Assembly: GCA_020891255.1 (NCBI GenBank)
Contig: BQFW01000008.1
Span: 744,001 to 808,000 of the forward strand
Source of the DNA: Entomortierella parvispora E1425
Lineage: Eukaryota > Fungi > Mortierellomycota
Reading direction: 5' to 3'
DNA: 64,000 bases
The position numbers were made by a program, and so were the translations under genes. Position 1 is the stretch's first letter, and every line of letters starts with the position of its first letter. Below, piece by piece: positions 59,420-64,000 of the stretch. The notes beneath the pieces were generated by a model. The model had not been told where the DNA came from. It saw only the letters and a list, made by a program, of their open reading frames with translations, and searched no databases.

Positions 59420-62176
59420 TTACGCCGACTCTTGTTCCGCGGTTTCGACCTCTGATCCCTGTCTTCGCCAGATGGCCAAGCTCGAGACCACCTTCTTGAT
59501 CTGGTCAGAAAAGATGATCGGCGTGGCCACGATACTCATGATGCCGAACATGGTCATGGTCCAACGGAACCCGAAATCATCGTACACATAGCCAGCCAAG
59601 ATGGGACCGGCGGCCATGGAGAGGGAGTAGGTCATGTTGTAGAGGGCATAGGTCTTGGCATAGCAGTTCCAGCCATTCTTGTTGACCACATCTGCCATGG
59701 CGGGCAAAAGGGGTGTCAAGATCATGGAGGATCCCAAGCCAAAGAGCATCAAGGGCAGGACAAACGACACGAACGAGGTTGGCAACACCAACGAAAATGT
59801 CGCCATCGAAAACACAACCATGCCCAAGAGGGACACAAAGAAATGGCCCACCCTATCCGACCAGTAGCCGATAAGCGATGCAAACAATGTTGGGAAAATC
59901 GCTGCCGTCAGCATCAATCCTGTCTGCGTCACCGATGCATCCAAAAGTTCCTGCAAGTAAAGAGGGAAGATGGGCTCCAATCCTAGAACAGACAAAAGAT
60001 CAAGAAAATGTGAATATCGCATGAAAACAAACATGAAAATAAACACAAGGGGGCAGTTCGCCTATCAATTTCTATACAGTCATGGTTCCTTACCTGAGAA
60101 AACACTGGCAGCGACAAAGGTGGCCAACAAGCAACAAATGATGGTCCAGTTGCAAGCAATCTGGAACATGGATGGGTCCTCCACAGGAGCCGCAGGGGCC
60201 GAAGCAGCCATACTGCCGTATCCAGAAGACTCAGAGTTGGAAGACGAGTGGTGGTGCAGTCCATCGTCCAAAATATCTTGGGCGTGCTTGGGGTCTGAGA
60301 TAGCGGCGGCGGTTCTCTCTACCGCAACGATGGTGCTGGTTGAAAGTTCCCCCACTACCAAACCCTCGACATCCTGGTCCACAGCAGTGGATGAAGAAGA
60401 GGGAGAAAGCTTTCTCTTTTCAGGCTCGGCGATAAAGAGGATGCACAAAAAGTCCAGGAATGCCAACGCAGCGCAAAAGATAAAAGGCGCCTTGTATCCA
60501 TGGTAGTCGTAAAAGTAGGCGCCCACAACTGGGCCGACCATGAATCCGACAGCATTGGCCATCATTGTTGCGCCCATGACAAATCCGAGGTTATCAGGAG
60601 GGTATACATCCGCCAAGAGACCCAAGCCAATGGTCCTAAAATACAAGGGTCAATGGCCATGTTAGCAAAATGAAATCATATGGGTAGGAAGAGTAAAAGT
60701 AGGAGTAAAAGTTGCATATCATTTGCATCCATGTTACCATGAGGCTCCGCCGGCAGAACCCTGTCCAATTCTGGCGATGATGAGGACCCAGTAGTTGGAA
60801 GCCAAGGAAAATCCGATTGTAGCGACAGCAAGTCCGAGCATGCCGACCATCATGGGTATCTGTTTTTGTCAATTCAAAAGATAATGTGTGAATGAGAATA
60901 GTTGTCAGCGGATCCGCAAGACCGAAACTGGAACATTGGCAAGTGACATGGCAAATCCACCACTCACCCTTCTGTTTTGGTACTTGTCGCTCAGGATGGC
61001 GAAGAAAGGGGTGGAGGCCAGCAGACCGATGGCTATAAGAGTTGTAGCAATAGTTGTTAGAGACAGGGATCGCTTCAGTCTTCTGATGAGTCGTCTGCTT
61101 CCCAGACATGTCCCGAGTTCAGCTCAAGGTCGGGTCCTGGTCATTCCTAGAGTCCTGTTCCCTCTTTCTCCTCCTCCTGACCCAGCCATGACGAATAGGC
61201 TTTGTGAACAAAGAGACAGAGTCGATCCTGACGAGATGGATGCTGATGACGGCAGACCGAGAGTCTATTTCCTCGGATCTTTGTGCTGTCAATTATTTTT
61301 TGTGCTTTTGTGCTTCCTGTTTCTTTGTCATATCCCTTGCATGCATGGGCTGAGAAAGTATCCTCCAAAAGGTATCAGGTCGATCCTCGTGGACAGTAGC
61401 TTGATGGAGGCGAGAGAGAGAGAGAGTTCCGAACGCATGCATCACATGGCCCCCTTGGTAAATAACAATAAACACCTGCATGTCCTTGGCGCTGTCTGTC
61501 CCATCCGTGTGTGTATGTATGTTCCTTGAAGCCCCCCTTGGTCCTTTTAGATCCCTTTGGATCCTTATCCTGCACTCTGTAAAAGATGATAAGGAAGAGA
61601 TGGGATTACCATAGCAGGCAAACAGCAAGCCGATTGCGCTCGAGTTGCCACCCAGTCGCTCCTTGACAATCATGGGCAGGATGGGCACCACCACACCATA
61701 GACAACCTATCACAAAAGAACAAAGGGCAAGAAGATCCAAACCGAGATCAGATAATCAGTGTGAAGTCCCAAGTCCGACTCGCTTTTTTCCCCAGAGAAC
61801 CAACTCTGAAGATCTTTCCCCGCGCATTTTTTTTTTTTTTTTTTTGGTTGTGAACCAGCCAGAAGCGCCTAAAACGGGGGCTCGCCGTAGTCTACTGGTG
61901 GAACGGTATCACAGTCGTTCGTTTCGCTTCCAGTGAGAGACCAAGCTGGTTCCTGGTGTTCCTGTTCCTGGTTTCATGTTGATTCCCTTGAAAGAGATGA
62001 AGAAAACACCTTACCATGTCAGTGAAGAGAGCCATGGCCACAACGCATGCCACTGCGACAGGGGATCGTCTGGCTCTGTAGAGGGGAGACTTGTTCTTGT
62101 CACTTGACTGAGAAGAGGAGTTGAGCAAGGGCCTCCGCTCCTCGGACGAACCCTGGTTGGGGACCGGGGCAATCAT
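59420..62176 (-). CDS. MFS transporter, vesicular amine transporter (SLC18/DHA1)-like, ~516 aa, 6 exons
   Basis: Exons 62176-62015, 61706-61610, 61032-60968, 60859-60738, 60635-60094, 59982-59420. Motifs ALFTDMVVYGVVVPILP, ARIGQGSAGGASWTIGLGLLADVYP, YALYNMTYSLSMAAGPILAG; N-terminal EERRPLL. Confidence 0.9.
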
Positions 62177-63230
62177 CGAGAGCAGGTTGATGCAAGTGCA
62201 AGAAAGGAGTGAGTGCGGGGAGAAGTGAGGAAGGGAATGAAGGAATGACAAGGAATGGAGAGGAATGAAGAAAGAGGAATGAAGGGTTATAAGCACAAGG
62301 AGAGAAGAGAAGCAAGAGAGAAAGAGAAGGAGGTAGAGAAGGGTAGAGGAGTAGAAGAGTAGAGAGAAGAAAAGAGAAGTAGAGAAAAGAGGATGAGGAT
62401 GAGAGAGAGAGAAGGGAAGCAGTAAAAGAACAAAAAGAACAAGAAGCAGGACCAGAAAAGTCGCTTGTTCTTGAACTTCTTTGAGTTCTTTGTTCTCGTT
62501 CTCCGTCTCTGCTGTCCAGTTGGCTGTCTCTGATCGGACACGAGACACGCGGGGACACAGACGCTGCATCCAACAGGGACACGCAGGGCAAGATCCCGGA
62601 ATGCAGTTGGCGTGTGTGTGGGTGTGTGTGGGTGTGGGTGTGTATGTATCTGTGGTTGTGTGTTTGCTGCATGGTGTCAACACAGCGACCACAAAGACGA
62701 CGACCCGACTGGAGGTCGGCAGTCAAAGGATACAGGTACCGAGAGAAGGCAGGTAATCGGGCTGGTCGATCAGTATGGCATCCTGATCGGCATGATCTTG
62801 ACCCTGCATGAAGCCATAGCCACGGTCTTGAACAAAAAGCCAAGCAGCCAAGCACCCAGTCCATTCAATTCAACCCACATCCACATCCACACCCAGCCCA
62901 CACACCACACGCGAGCCATCCAACCCCGCCCTGCACATCCTTGCCAGATGGACAGAAGGCATCCAAGGATGGACACGCCCAAAAGAAGGTTGAGGTTTGT
63001 CCTTCCTTTTTAAAATCCTTCTCTCGTTTCGCCATTGCTCTACTCTCTTTGGCCTCTTTTCATCCGTCTCTCCTCTTCTTGCTCTTTCCCCCCTTTTCAC
63101 TGTCTGCTCCATTCCCTTGCCTCATTCCTTCATTCCTTTGGTTCTCTCCCCTGTGGCATCTTTTTTCCCTGTACAACGACCCGCTCCATCTCACCCTGAA
63201 CAAGTCAGCTTGTCAAACCGTGCCATCAAC

Positions 63231-63904
63231 ATGATGTCCACTAATGAACAGCATCTGCCAAAGTTCATCATTGATCCCTCGAGCGAGGACTCTTCACCCA
63301 CAGCCCCAGGAGAAGAGCTCGTCGAAGAAAGCGAAGAGCCGTCCGTCTCCTTCCGCCACCATCACAGCTATCTTCGACCCCAGGAACTCAAGCATGCCAA
63401 CTCGTTTTCGTCCATGTCTTCCTATGCTTCGTCCGAGGACGACGAAGATGACCGGAGTCCTGGAACCACGACCTTTGAACAGGAGCAGGAAAGCCAACAG
63501 ACCGAGACCCAGCTTGGCGTGTCGTCACCGTCGTCGACCAGAAAATCCCTGAGTCGGACTCAGAGTCAACGCCCAGGCGGAGGCACGTCCGTGAGACCCG
63601 CAGGCAAGGCACACGACTGGTACTCTGGCGGACGGATCACGTCCCACGGCCGCTGGTTCAGGGACTCGCAGAACCGGACCCTGCTCCTCCGTGGTGTCAA
63701 CCTGTGTGGCAACTCCAAGCTGCCTACTACCCCCAACGGCAGCTCGCATCTCAGCGAAGGCTTCTTTGACCACCGAAACGTCTGCTTTCTCGGCCGACCC
63801 TTCCCCCTCGATCAGGCACACGAGCACTTTTCTCGCCTGCAGCGATGGGGCCTGACCTTTGTGCGCATGCTCGTCCCATGGGAGGCACTCGAGCACTCTG
63901 GACC
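63231..63904 (+). CDS. GH5 endoglycoceramidase-related / sterylglucosidase (EGCrP/Egh1-like), first exon only; gene runs off the window
   Basis: GRWFRDSQNRTLLLRGVNLCGNSKLP..FLGRPFPLDQAHEHFSRLQRWGLTFVRMLVPWEALEHSGP followed by a GTAAG donor at 63905. Confidence 0.9.
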
Positions 63905-64000
63905 GTAAGTTGAAACAAGGTCATGAAGTCATGTCTGTCGTGAAAGAGTCAGCCCTCGGGAGGGTGATCTGCCCGTGTGAAGCCTGTTTGTTCTTTGTTT

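Overview
Eukaryotic, intron-rich fungal genomic DNA. Composition, long poly-A/T tracts in introns and gene content suggest Mortierellaceae or a related early-diverging fungus (inference). About 22 protein-coding genes were modelled by hand; for the complete multi-exon models the exon phases were checked to close to a whole number of codons. Housekeeping genes: RPS19, makorin, GID7/WDR26-like WD40, succinyl-CoA ligase alpha, SDH8, IF1, Hsp70-like, MDR oxidoreductase, BAR-SH3, an MBF/SBF-type APSES-ankyrin factor, two MFS transporters and the 5' end of a GH5 EGCrP-like glucosidase. No tRNA, rRNA, CRISPR or recognisable transposon was found. The most interesting items are: (1) a secreted Kex2-processed repeat protein (17104-17910) encoding two classes of amphipathic peptides; (2) a compact mitochondrial trio LSC1-SDH8-IF1, plus a second 47-aa IF1-like gene that lacks a presequence but shares the same intron position; (3) two paralogous ~70-aa TPAQTPR microproteins 44 kb apart; (4) an exact 22-bp palindrome-containing element shared by two upstream regions; (5) a Cys-rich micro-exon gene; (6) two to three GC-AG introns.
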